A stretch of 64,000 nucleotides of DNA from assembly GCA_002633005.1 (NCBI GenBank), contig NMRA01000048.1, forward strand, positions 62,001 through 126,000, read 5' to 3'. The notes beneath the pieces were generated by a model, which was not told the origin of the DNA, made no database searches, and worked only from the letters and a program-made list of their open reading frames with translations. The DNA is from Phoronis australis (taxonomy: Eukaryota; Animalia; Phoronida). A program made the position numbers and the translations under genes. How positions within the stretch are numbered: position 1 is the first letter of the stretch; every line of letters begins with the position of its first letter. Of the stretch, positions 1-12,400 are shown one piece after another.

Positions 1-860
1 TTTCTATCACACAAGCCTATATCTTTGTGGAACGATCCATTACCTGGAAAAAGTTTCCTCTTTTTTTGTCAGTGATCATTCCAAGCTTTGAGGATTGCAC
101 AAATGCCTGTGTGATTCCTCACTGTAAACATCAATGGTGACCTAGACCCACTGCTTTTGAGGTGGTGTTTACCTTGGACCTGACCAAGGGAAAGATTAAA
201 TGAGAGCAGATCAACAGAGGTTGTTATGTGGTTAGTCCAAGGCCACTCATTCAGTCATCAATGCCTCTCATTTGGAAATAATATGTATGACAATAAGGCA
301 TAGGCTCCAGTTCACTCCCAATAAACACTGGGTTATTGATGGTTGTCATTGACAGTTACTGTGCTGCCAGATTCCCAAAATGGCCTGGTATTAGCTGCAT
401 TCTGAGGGTGTTTACCTGTTTTTTTATACAGTTCAATCAGCCAGACGCTTGTGGAGTGCAATAGTTATCAGAACAAAGTCGACGATTTTGCTTGTCAAAA
501 AATCGCCAGAAAGTGATAGCCATTTCTTTGGCTAGTTTTTGAAAATTGGCGATGGTTTTCATCTTTGCCTTCTGAGTTTACTTCAGAGTATCTCTGGCAA
601 GAGAAAGTTTGTTTTGTCATTTTTCCATTGAAGATATGCCGCACCAAATTAATGCATTTCCATGTTCAAGTAAATATACCATGACTTACGTCAACTACTT
701 TTTTGAATAATTAAACCATTCACAAATTCGTTAGAAGCATTTGAAAACGAAAAAGGCTTATGGGACTTATTTTTGACTGGAGTTCGTGAGATTTTACCAT
801 TATGTTATAACAACCAGGTCAGGTGTAGACCTCTGAAAATGAGCCATTACCTTTAGCAAT

Positions 861-1110
861 CAGGGGTCGGAATTTTCCTCTTTTAAAAGGATTTCCTCTT
901 TTTTGGTTTTGATCTCTTATTTGATTTCCTGTTTCCCCAGTTTTCATCTCTTTTTATCATCATTTTGACTTTATTTATGTGCAACGTGTTTTTTTGCTGT
1001 TAAATTTTGTAACATAAAATCATTTCTATCTCATAAGCGTATTTGTTTGTAGAACTATATGTCACCTGAAAAATTTTCCTCTTTTTTGTCCTTGGTCATT
1101 TTAAGCCCTG
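861..1110. mobile_element. Small non-autonomous DNA element (CAGGG...CCCTG ends, hAT-like MITE)
   Basis: Begins CAGGGGTCGGAATTTTCCTCTTTTAA and ends TTAAGCCCTG, with repeated TTTCCTCTTT motifs. A related inverted copy lies at about 28690-28783. No clean TSD is visible. Confidence 0.4.
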
Positions 1111-3432
1111 GGCAATGCTACATTTTTGGCCATTGTTTCTTTGTTGTACACATTTTAAGCAAGTTTGCTTTGAGTATTTTAAATACCCCAAGATTATAAA
1201 AAACAAGATCTTGGTGAGTGTAATTGCTGCTAGAGGAGATTACTTCTGTCTGGCCGTCTTGCATCTTTGGGAGGTTTATGTTTTTTTTCTGTTCGCAATT
1301 AACCCTGTGGGTAGTTTTCTATAGAGCCATGGCAGGCGTGTCTGGTTAAACAACTCTGCTTGATCTCTCTCAGATGTTGACTGGCCACCAGGAAATGAAT
1401 TGCAGTCACCTATGGACATTCCTAAAGAAACCGCACTTGCTGTAGTCTGTTTTTTATAGCAGCCGTTATTGAGTTAAAACCAAGTCAATGACGTCAATGA
1501 ATGATTTGTTTAGCAGTTGGAAATTGCTTGCCGCGTCTTTAATGAGTGTGTCTGAGACTTTCAGTGCTCTGTCACTGTGTTCTAAGCATAGCAACAAAGA
1601 CGTAATCCGCAGTCAGTTCCTGTTATAGTTTTCCCCAGGTTGCGTTGACTACGAAAGAAATGAGGGTGACTGACCGAAGCTAGGCGACTGGAACTGAATA
1701 GTAATTTCCTCAGTTCTGTGATTTCCGCCTTGTTTGGGCTGGGATGAATCCGGTTGACTGAAACATTAAGTTTTGATTCACTGCTCAGTTTCACAATGTC
1801 AACACTATTAATTTGAGCAACTTTTGCCACATACAGAAGCACCAAGAAAATGACCCCTTATCATGTAGTGATTTACAGTTGCACAGGTAGTATTGGAATG
1901 CCTGTACTTGGAGTGATTGGCCAGAATCAAAAATGAGCTGCTACTAAAAGTTAGGAAGTGGTTACCAAAGTCCACATCCTGGTATCATGTTCCTCTTAAA
2001 CCTTTTGGGGCTTAATGTAATGTTTCAGAGGGGGTCAATGTCTTGTACATTTATGACCCCTGGCAGCCTTGCTGCCACCTGGGTTGATATTGTAATAGTC
2101 TTCTTATAGTTGACATAGGGAAGATCAATAGGAAACATCTGCAGCTCTTGGAAACATGAGGTGGCTGTAACTCTTGACCCAGTTTCAAATTCAGGTGTGC
2201 AAGACATGCGGAGTTGACAGGGGCTCTTAAACACCTCTGTTTTCATTCACCTATGTCTTGAGATGTTGGACACTTGTGTGTATATCGCCTGAATATCTCA
2301 CTGCATGGCAGTGGCAATGTGATGGCATGATGGATGTATAAAAAAGTGCTGGGAAATCCCTCTGCATCTTATTAGTACAACTATTAAAGAATTGCTTTCA
2401 CCATTTTCAGCATAGTCATTTCCAGTCTTGACAATGTCCATTGGATTTGATTGTGGTAAATTTTCAACAAGTTTGGACGTGGCAGTTTAAATTTTCAGAT
2501 TTTTTTGGCAAAAAGGTATCCTCCATGGAATTGGTACTACTCTACATTTCGTGTTCTTAACCATAGCCATAGTTTTGAAAAGTTGTGGGCCTTCACAACA
2601 ATCCGAGAAAAGTTTGAACAATGAAAAATGGGCAACGTTGGCTTTATATTTTTGTCCGATATTGGTGAAATTTAACGGTGTAACTCGTACCAGCATTGTG
2701 ACAGAAGCTCTGTCAATATTTACTGTAGACAAGTACAGTGTAGGCTGGCCACACCTGTAGACTTCTCTGTCCTGTGTACTCCCGGATGAGCGAGCTACAC
2801 CCACTCAACTTCACTCTGCTGTTATACGCCGGGGTCAGGGGTCACAGTCGGGGTCACCCACCAGACTGTATGTTGATTTTTTTAGTCAACGTCCAGCCAA
2901 AGCAAACTTGTTTACTACTTTTCTGGGAAGGATGATAAACAAAAGGAGTACAGCTCTTGAGGATAAATTTAGAATACAAAGAAAATGTGTTATGATGGGT
3001 TTGGTAGAATGGATGTTTTCAGCGTCACGTTACGCAGTATGTTAAATGAGTTAAGTAAATATGATTAGTGTATTTGTCTGTCCCAATAAGACTTAATGAT
3101 GTTTTTTAAAACAGATAGTCTAAAATTAAAGGTTCTCTTTTCACGAATCAGTCTGTAATGTTCAATTATATTATCCCAGTTTGAAACTAAATGAAAAAGC
3201 AGTTAGGCATTATGTCATCCTTGTTGAAACTGAAAAACGACAACTGAAACATGATGGTACAAAAATACTCGTTGTGGGATGTCACCAAGTTTAGTGAGTT
3301 ACAGTTTAGGTCTGAGTAAAATTTTCCCACACTGAACATTGATAATGATACAGAGGTAGTCCCTACATTCCCAGGGCCGTAAATGGTCCACTGCACAGTA
3401 ATGTTTGTGCATTTTTTGGTTTTGTGTTGCAG

Positions 3433-6400
3433 AAGCGCTGCCACCTAGCCCTGCTGACAGTGGAGTCAGCGACCTGGAAAGTAGCAGCAGTGACGAACTG
3501 AGGGCCAAAATTCCAGGTAGGTGCCGCTTGTCTGTGAACAGTCCTACGTGTTGTGTTGGGGCTGTCGTGCATGACGTGTCGTGCTCAGACAATCACATCA
3601 CCACTGATGTGGAACTGTCGTAAATGCGCTTTTAATGTGAATGAACAGTATTGGGTCAATAGTCAAAATGAGTTTGGGAAGGCTGTAATTTAAATGCCAT
3701 TAGGTATATTGTGTCGATCTCGGCATTTACACGAATGTTGCTTGGTCCACATTAATTTGTGGATTTCAAGTCCAATTCAAGTTCTCGACTTCTTCCTTGT
3801 AACTCAGATGCGGAGCAGTTTCTGTGCTTGCAAAAAATGACAGTTTTTTATTATGTAACTATTCCTTGAAACCATTCTCCTGTCCCAAAAAGAAACCGAT
3901 CAAGTTTTGACTTGGGCAAAATGTTGTTGGTGCGATATCTCGAGAAGGTTTGGGTTTTTCATATTTTTTTCCGAGATATATGGGTGAGTAGCTGTACTAT
4001 AATGGAATTTGGCAACCTTGACCTCATTTTTCAAGGTCGTAGCAAGATATTTTAAAGGTTCTACTTATAAACTTTCGTCTGACTTATTTAACACAAAAAA
4101 TAATTTCCACATGAAACTATATTATAAAGAATGTGTATGCCCGGAGGTGGCAGGGGATAATTTTGTCACCCTGTGGCAAAGGCTTATGCAGCAGTTTTAA
4201 AAATAACATTTTTCACCTACTGTCTAATTTTGTGCATTAACAACCATGAATACTGAAGCCGATATTCGATATTCGTTCCCAGATCTCCCGAGTTTCCACT
4301 TGAAGTTTACCTTCTCTAGTGGATGTTTTGAACCAATGGTAAACATTGTTTGTTCACACTCTAATGTGTCAGTGGTTAGTTGTGCCATTGATTGACTCTT
4401 CAGTCCACATGTAGTCAATTAGCGACATTTAGCTAGCAGTGCATGGAAATACCCTGTTCCCCTCACTATTTGCTGAGGGTAATGTGCAGGGCTAATTGCT
4501 TATTTCAGTGTTCAATGTGGCCAATTGTGAAGCAATTATGAGTCATGTGTTACTGTTATCATTTTAAATGGCATGGTGTTTATACCAAAATACTGTGTGA
4601 CTTGTGTATAGCGCTGCTGAATGAGTTTGATAACAGGACACTGTATTACCTGAAAGGTCCTTGTGAGCTGCACCAGTGCCTGGTCTCTAATCTTTGTACT
4701 CGAAACGAACTCGAAACTATTTTTGGCAATTTCTCTACTCCTTTTGTGTGAACTTAAGATAATTGGTTATCAGACTGTGCTCGAATACATTATAGTTTAT
4801 GCATTGGAGTTTCTTGTTCAAGTTTGCCCTTGAAGACCCTTATATTCGTGCTACAAACTCGAGTAAAAATTCGAAATTTCGAGTTCAAACTCGAACTTAT
4901 TGCTTTAATATTGGGTTTACAAACTGTGAACTAAGGGCAATAAATTATCTACGTAAGTTATTGTGTACTCGAGCATAGAATAATAAACACTTATCTTGAG
5001 TTCGCCCAAAAGTAGAGTAGAAAATGCCAAACCTAATTTCGAGTTCCATTTCGTAAAAGATTGGAGACTGGGCCCTGGTCACCTTTTGGGAGAATGGCGT
5101 CAAGTTGCAGTTTGTTGTATAAGTTTTCTTGCTTGAACAGCTAACGGAATGATAGATAGTGTTGACCTATTTTCATTTGTGACGTACTGTTTTAGCAGTG
5201 TTGTCCGAGGCTGCGTCTTTGTGTCATTTGACGCAACCAGACTGTAAAAGACGCAAGTTGACTCGAGAGCGTCACCTTGGACGCAACTTTTTGTTCAAAG
5301 TTGTGATAAATAAAACTAATGACAAATGAAAATCGTTTTGTACTTTCCTTTGATTATCGCATCATACCTTTCGTTCATAGCAGCACTTCTTCATTGTTTA
5401 TTTTCTGAAGCCATACGCATGACATCATTGCTCCGTAAGTAGATCATGAAACTGTAGTTCAGAATATCCTGTTACAATTTGTCCGATAGGGGGTAGACTC
5501 AATAACACGGTCACAAAAATGGCGTCGAGACAAATATTATGAACTTCCTACCGCAAATCAAGTTCTGCTCAGAAAAGAAGCTTGGAGTCAATAGACAATA
5601 AGGATAGTTCGCCTTTGTCAACATTCTGGTAATGATAGAGTGGCAGTGCCAAAGAAAAAAATTCTTTTGATCTTGGCTGGAAAATACAACTGGTTGATAC
5701 AGGATACTGACAAAAATCAGATTACATGTGCACTGTGAAATACGTTTCGGTAGATAAATGGAAAGTGGGTCCACTGAATCCAGTTTTTTTAAGAATAGGG
5801 CAAACAATGTTTTAGTAAATGGCTGGTGTCTTAGTGGGTGACGAGTTCTCAAATTTTGTTTTCCAAACTCCTCAGAAACTCGTTCAAGGAAGGTTTTAAC
5901 CCTGTGATTTGCCAAGTTGAGCACAATCTGGTGGCGATTAGTCCCGCTTCAGGCAACCGTGCATCATTGCACCTATGAAACTGGTTTATGGTTTGAGGTG
6001 AGAAAAAAAAGGTGATCAAACCACACTTTGACTCAGTGGGTGGATTGTTTTAGACAAACAAACTTCTGAAAAATAACACACCACTGCAGCAGTTAAACAG
6101 AATCAACTTTGTCCCATGTCTTTATTTGAAGCTGGAAATAAATGATAAGGTAACTCCTCATATTTCTGACACATTAACCTTATTTCTGACACCCAAATTC
6201 ATTTTGAGAAAACTAATGTATTGTCCCTCATTTATTTCGCATGGTTGAGGCTACTCTGTGGGATTTTGCGTCTGACCTAATTTGCACAAGGTCAGTCCTT
6301 GCATCAGTGAAAATGTATGAAGGCTAAGCCCCATCCTAGTTCACTGTGTTAGGTGTGGGTAGAGTTCAGTAATGCCACTGGGACCTCATTACAACCTTCC

Positions 6401-9400
6401 TAGAAAAGCCAGTCATTGCGAGATTACTCGAGATATTGCCATGTATTTTAAATGAGATATTTTTCTAGCCACCAGAGGGCTACTAATCTTTACCCTCAAC
6501 TGACCACCTATTCATCTATTCATGTGAGATGTTTCTTGTTGTTGTAAACATGTGCTGAAAGGTGTGACCTTGATGACACTGGTGTGACTCATAGTCAGTT
6601 GCTCAATGGAGCATTTCACCAGTGGTGGTGTAAAGTACTTAGATGTTAGAATATGATAAAGTAACTTTATCATATTTTGCTGTATGACATCCGCACATGT
6701 AGACCCTATTTCTTTAAATTCATATACCAAGAGTTGGCTATACCACCTGTAGACCCTATTTCTTTAAATTCACATACCAAGAGTTGGCTATACCACCTGT
6801 AGACCCTATTTCTTTAAATTCACATACCAAGAGTTGGCTATACCACATGTAGACCCTATTTCTTTAAATTCACATACCAAGAGTTGGCTATACCTGGTTG
6901 CTTAATTTTGCTCAAACGTCAACTACGAAGACGGTATATATTCAATTTGTCGCACGACCGGACTATCGCAAAGAGATTTTAAATTTAATTTATACGAAAT
7001 GATTGGAGAGTCGCCATATTTCACATGTGTTTCCACCTGTTGTTGCTTTATCCCTCTATTCATCAGTCAATTAACTGATCTCTCCCTGAGATCTCTTGAC
7101 TGGCGGCCATTTTTTTTTATTACCTGAGAAATCCTAGTCTCCAGTGTTGACGGAGGCCATTAATTAAGGACCAGTGGTGTCTCGGGTACATTCAACTACT
7201 TTTACTTTATGAGATCACCCATGGAAATGCATGTGGACATTACTGTTGGTTCTCTTAAATATTAATTAAGTCACTTCTTTAATCTTGCTGCAGGCCATTC
7301 ATTGCTAATTGTTTCAATTCACTCTTGAAGTGCATCACTTGAAAATTCTGATGCCAGTGAGCAGCTTTTCATGAAAGCCAACTCAATCTTTGAGTGCAGA
7401 GTAAATCTTGTGCTGTTCAGGTAGTTTTCCACAAGCACAACATGACTATTTCAGTGTAGCATTAACAGAATAAATTCCATTTCATGAATTATCTTGGGCA
7501 ACGGGAATGTACCATGATGAATTGGCTTTGTTTTACTGCATATTTTGTTTAATCGCATGTAATCAATTAGCTATCATCTTAGAATATAGCATGAGATTTT
7601 GAGCAATTTTTACATTGTAATTAGTGTCTTTACCGTGTCCATGCTGAGTCTTTGCTAACTGATTGTCAGGTAGAGTTGTGTGCAGCAAAAATATCCCAGG
7701 AATGCAACAGTCTGGATCCTTAAGAAGTGCTCATGTACACTTTGAATTCGGCAATTCTTTGCGTGTTTCGCACAGAATTAATTGCAAAATTACAAAATTA
7801 TTTTCGAATTTGCAAAGGATGGCTATCTTTCAGTAAATGATGGAAACTATCAAATATTGTTATGGTACACCTACCTTGAGACATATTTCTAGGTGACGGG
7901 AATCTTTTATTTACTTGTCTTTAGGATTAACATCACAAAATAATTCTTTTCTTAGTTCACCATATTTCATGCTAAAAAGGTGAAGAGGTATCGTACTGAT
8001 TTTAAGTTTCCGCATATGTTGCTCCTTAGCTGTTGGTCACTTCATACTTCATTTTGCGTTTGCTCTTCCCATAGTTGTTGGAGTTATTCGAAAATGAATG
8101 TCAACACTGCTTTTGGTACGATCTCATTTGTGAATTTTCATAATGATTCTTTGAGCAGTTTAGCGGAGAGAGAAGCACATTGGTTGTCAAATCTGTCCGA
8201 AAATTCACTATTGACAATAGGAACGTGTCACGAATATCTGTCGAGGGGTTTTGGAGATACAACAGTGGGCTCCAGACAGATGCCTGGGGATGACTGCATA
8301 ATGTGCATCTTATATTTCTGTGTCCTTTGGGAGATCAGTGTTTTTACATCAAAGAGGCGTGTCTCAGATTGAATGAATACTAATAATACTGATAATGTTG
8401 TGACCATTAAGCTTCCCATATGGCCTTGTCTGCTCTGTCACGTGATGTCAAACCTGTTTCACTCCTTGCGTAAATATGTTCCCTGGAGTTATCAGTTATA
8501 AGTCTTGTTTCGCTGATATTTAGTTTAATTGTTTTGCAATTTGCTATTGTCAGTCCTTGCTAAGTAGGTTTTCATACATCTGCCCTTTCAAAAACTACAT
8601 TCATAATGGTAGTTGCTGAACAGTGTACCCTGAGTTTTATGCTCTTGGTTTTGCACTGCTGTATCAATGACAGCTGACTTAAAATTGCCTTTGTGAATGG
8701 GGATTTTGTTTCCAGTGTGTTTCTGATGTGTCTTGGCTGAATAAAAGTATGCTCTAATTCAGGTCAGATATCCCTGGAGGAGTTACAACCAGAACAATAT
8801 TGCCTGTTGCTGTTCAGTCATGCATAAGTTGTAGAAGTCCCAGGTGTTAATGCCAGACAAATGATGACTGGATGGACTTATCTTTGTTTTATATCTGAAC
8901 AGATGCAACCTTTTACAGCCTTTGCCCAGGGGCATGCTTTGATCAGTGCATCCACCGACATGCTAGCATACATGCAGTAGTTCTGCGCTTATTTCTCTCA
9001 AAAACAATTGCCAAAATTTTAAATTTATCCATTTTTCGACGGCGGATTACTTTGCTAGGAATAATTGAGACTTTATCGAATGTTGCTTTGCAGTATGTAC
9101 ACAGTACAAACCATTATGCTGGTAATAGACTAACATTATCTTTAATATGTTTATTTTTGTGAAGAAATTTGACAAAATAGAATTACACTTGTCGGCCATA
9201 TTGTGTGCTAAAGAAATGAAGGAATACTGTTCGTGCCTGTTCGTTTCTGTTTTTGGCAGACGTCACTCTAAACTTGTGCCAAACGTTTCCTTGTGATATT
9301 TGATGCAAGTGTTTCTGCTAACAAATACGTGACTTATGTAGAGTTTTACACAATTTTGGCTTCTGCTAGGAGTAAATTGAACCAGTCTGCTTTCTCCGCT

Positions 9401-12400
9401 ATCATAAATGTCCCCGTTGCCAGAGCTTAACAAAAAGTAAATTAAAGAAAAGCGACTACAAACATATCTTCTGTCAAAGAAACTTAAATTTTTGATCTAG
9501 GGCACTTATCATAGGTAATTGTTAAAATTAACACAGGTCAGATGTGCCAATGCTCACTTCTAACCAGCTGCAGTATGCGGACATCTGTGACGTCAATGAT
9601 GGTCAAAAACTTTCTGGAAAGTTATTTTTCTTGAGGACTTTAAAAAGTTACATTTTGGTTTTCTGCATTATTGTTTCCTTGGAGTTGAAGAACTTTAGTG
9701 CGACAGTAAAGCGGCTTATTTGAGTTTGCAATTTTTCTTCAGACCTTATATTTGTTAGAAAATGGAGGTTTTGTTGTCATTATACAATATTCAGGACACT
9801 GGTCAATTACAAGGGTCCCGAATTTTTCGAACCAGATTGATGCTGGGTATTCAGTGGAGTATATGGAGGCATAATTTGGTTTCCTTGTTTTAATTGAGAC
9901 AAATTCGATATTTCTAATCCAAAGAATTCAGTTCATTGATTTGGAAACATTTTGCATCTTTGCTCGTTATTGTGTTCAAGATAATACCGTCACATTCTTC
10001 GTTTCAGCTTCCAGTAATTCTGCCGTGCCCTTTCTACCCTCGTATTGCCAAGCCAGCCAGAGTCAGCCCGTCTCAGCACCCTTCCACAGCACCACACATG
10101 TGGCCATGAGGCCAGGTAAGTTGACTCAACCCTCCCTCACCCCTGTCTGAGTCCCCAAGGGACTGTTGGGGGGGGGGCATGTCGTCATCTTGGCTGGCAC
10201 TTTGCGTCACCCTCGCCATGATTGTATGGCTGACCTAGCGGCAAGCGCGTTGTGACGCCATAGCAGTGTCTGTAAGTCAAGTTGCTTAAGGATGTATGTA
10301 TGAAGGTACTCATTAGTTTGTACCCCGGTAATAATTGCATTTCGTAATTGTTGGTGACAGATACTGATGTACAGCATTTTTCAAAAGAAGTAGAGAAAAT
10401 TCTTTTCTTCAAAAATTGTCAAAAGTTAAACATGAAAATTTTCGCATAGTTTGCCGTAGATTTAGTGTTTTTCGCTGGTTTTCTTCCAAGTTTTGCCATG
10501 TCTTTGACGAAGCCATACAAAATTCAATGAAATTTGTCCACTTTTTTTGAAAACTACTGTATGTAGAGTACCTTTTACTTTTGAGCTATGAGTATTGATT
10601 TTCTACTTGATTCAATGCCCGATTTTCTTATTAAGAAAAGTATCATGCGGGTTATTAGTATGTGTATGTATCTAAATTTGAAATAATCTCCACCTGCTCA
10701 ATATCCTAACTCCTGGAGGCAGAAGTGTGTTGTACAAGCAGACGATAATTGACTTGTCGAGTTCTGCCTTGGGCTGATGATGGCGCTGGCAGTTTTGTTG
10801 CGTGTCTCGTTACTGGGCAGAATTGTGGCCCATGAATGGAGTTGGGACCTGTCTGATTGGCTAGTTCAAGAACTTAGAACTCGGTTTTACTTTTTTTGTT
10901 GGTAAAGAGAATCGTGCAGTTATAAGACTGTAAAGTGATGGATTCTTTTTGTTCACATATCTCTTATTGTCACTAATGGGTGGTCTTCAAAACGAAGTTT
11001 ATGGTCATACAAGAAATGCTGCAAAATAAATGTTCCTTCAAAGGTCAAAGTTCGATTGTCTGAACCCTGTGGGAGGCTGACATTTATATCAGTGAAAGAA
11101 TCACAAGACCCAGAATAAATGAATTTTGAGATTGATTTGAGCCTGCCTGCAGGTAATCTCAAGTATTTTTTGCGGTAAATTTATAAGTCGTTGGCAAAAT
11201 ATCAACTGAATTTATATCTTTTTGTGTTTTTTATGAGAAGTATTCACCCGAGGGCGTGTTGTTGCGTCATTTGACTCGGTTTCAGTACAAATCCTGAGGT
11301 GGATGCCGATGAAATGACAATTCTAGTACTTTGCTTAGTATTTCCAAACACCAATGCAGTCCAGTCATTCATCCGTTATTTGCAACCCACGCTGCTCAAA
11401 TACTCGGGATAATCTGGTGTATTTGATGTCTCGTCCAGTGTCGACAGTTGTGAGTGGTGAGCAATCCTTCACTGATGTGCCGGGCAGTTATTCCAAATTT
11501 CTTCAAATGTTTTCCCAGAGTGGAACTCGAGGAGAGTTGATTAAGAGCAAATGGTTCCTCACCATTTGTTTAGAGTTTCACTCAGGCTCAACTTGTGCGC
11601 AGCTATGTCGCACGTCCACGGCTGTCTTAAACAGATGATTAAACGATCAAAAACGCATTTTGGGATTGTTGGATGGGATAGACTTCCTAAAGTTATTACG
11701 TTTAACCTGGGTTATGAAACAACAAAATCTGTTATTTTTGGTGATTTTATTACAAATCGACAATGTGCCATTGCAGACCAGACATTTATTAAATTACATT
11801 TGGTGACTTGATCAGCTAAAATACCGGTACTCTGTCATTTATCAATAGTGTGGGCGCTTAGCTGAATGGTTGATGGGTTAGTACCTAGTTGCTATGTTGA
11901 TGTCGGACTTGTAATAGTCCACACAAGCAGATTGTAGTCAGCGCAGTTTCATGGCCAAGCTCTGCTTATTAGAATGCGCGTGAGCCAAGAGGACTATTTC
12001 ATGTCTCCTTGAGTAAAGTGCAGGAGAGAATGGGTATTTCCCGCCCTATTAAGGCAAAACTCCAGTGACGGGTCGTCACTTAGTCTGTAGGGAATTGCAC
12101 GTTTTTGGTCACTAAAATTCTCACAAGACTAGAGTTTGTAAAAACACGGACACTTATGCAGAAGGCTCGATACATTAATTTGGAGTGGGCAGTAAATCGA
12201 AAATTCGGGCGTGAAAATTTGGAAGTTCTGGGGTTGAGCAAGTCGAGCATGGGCGTAAACTGAGATGAGAACAGTATTTAGGTGCTAGGATCCAATGTAT
12301 CGTGTCTTAAACACTACCTAAAGTTGAGTTGGAAATGAAAGACAGTTGTTGCCAATTGATGCTGCGTGGCTGTGGAATGCGCTGGACGATTTCACTTCCT

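Noticed and set aside
5511-5924. 137-aa minus-strand ORF
   Set aside because: It has a non-ATG start and no motif, and lies antisense to the hAT-like relic.
6696-6893. Possible CRISPR-like array
   Set aside because: The units are contiguous with no unique spacers, there are no cas genes, and the context is eukaryotic.
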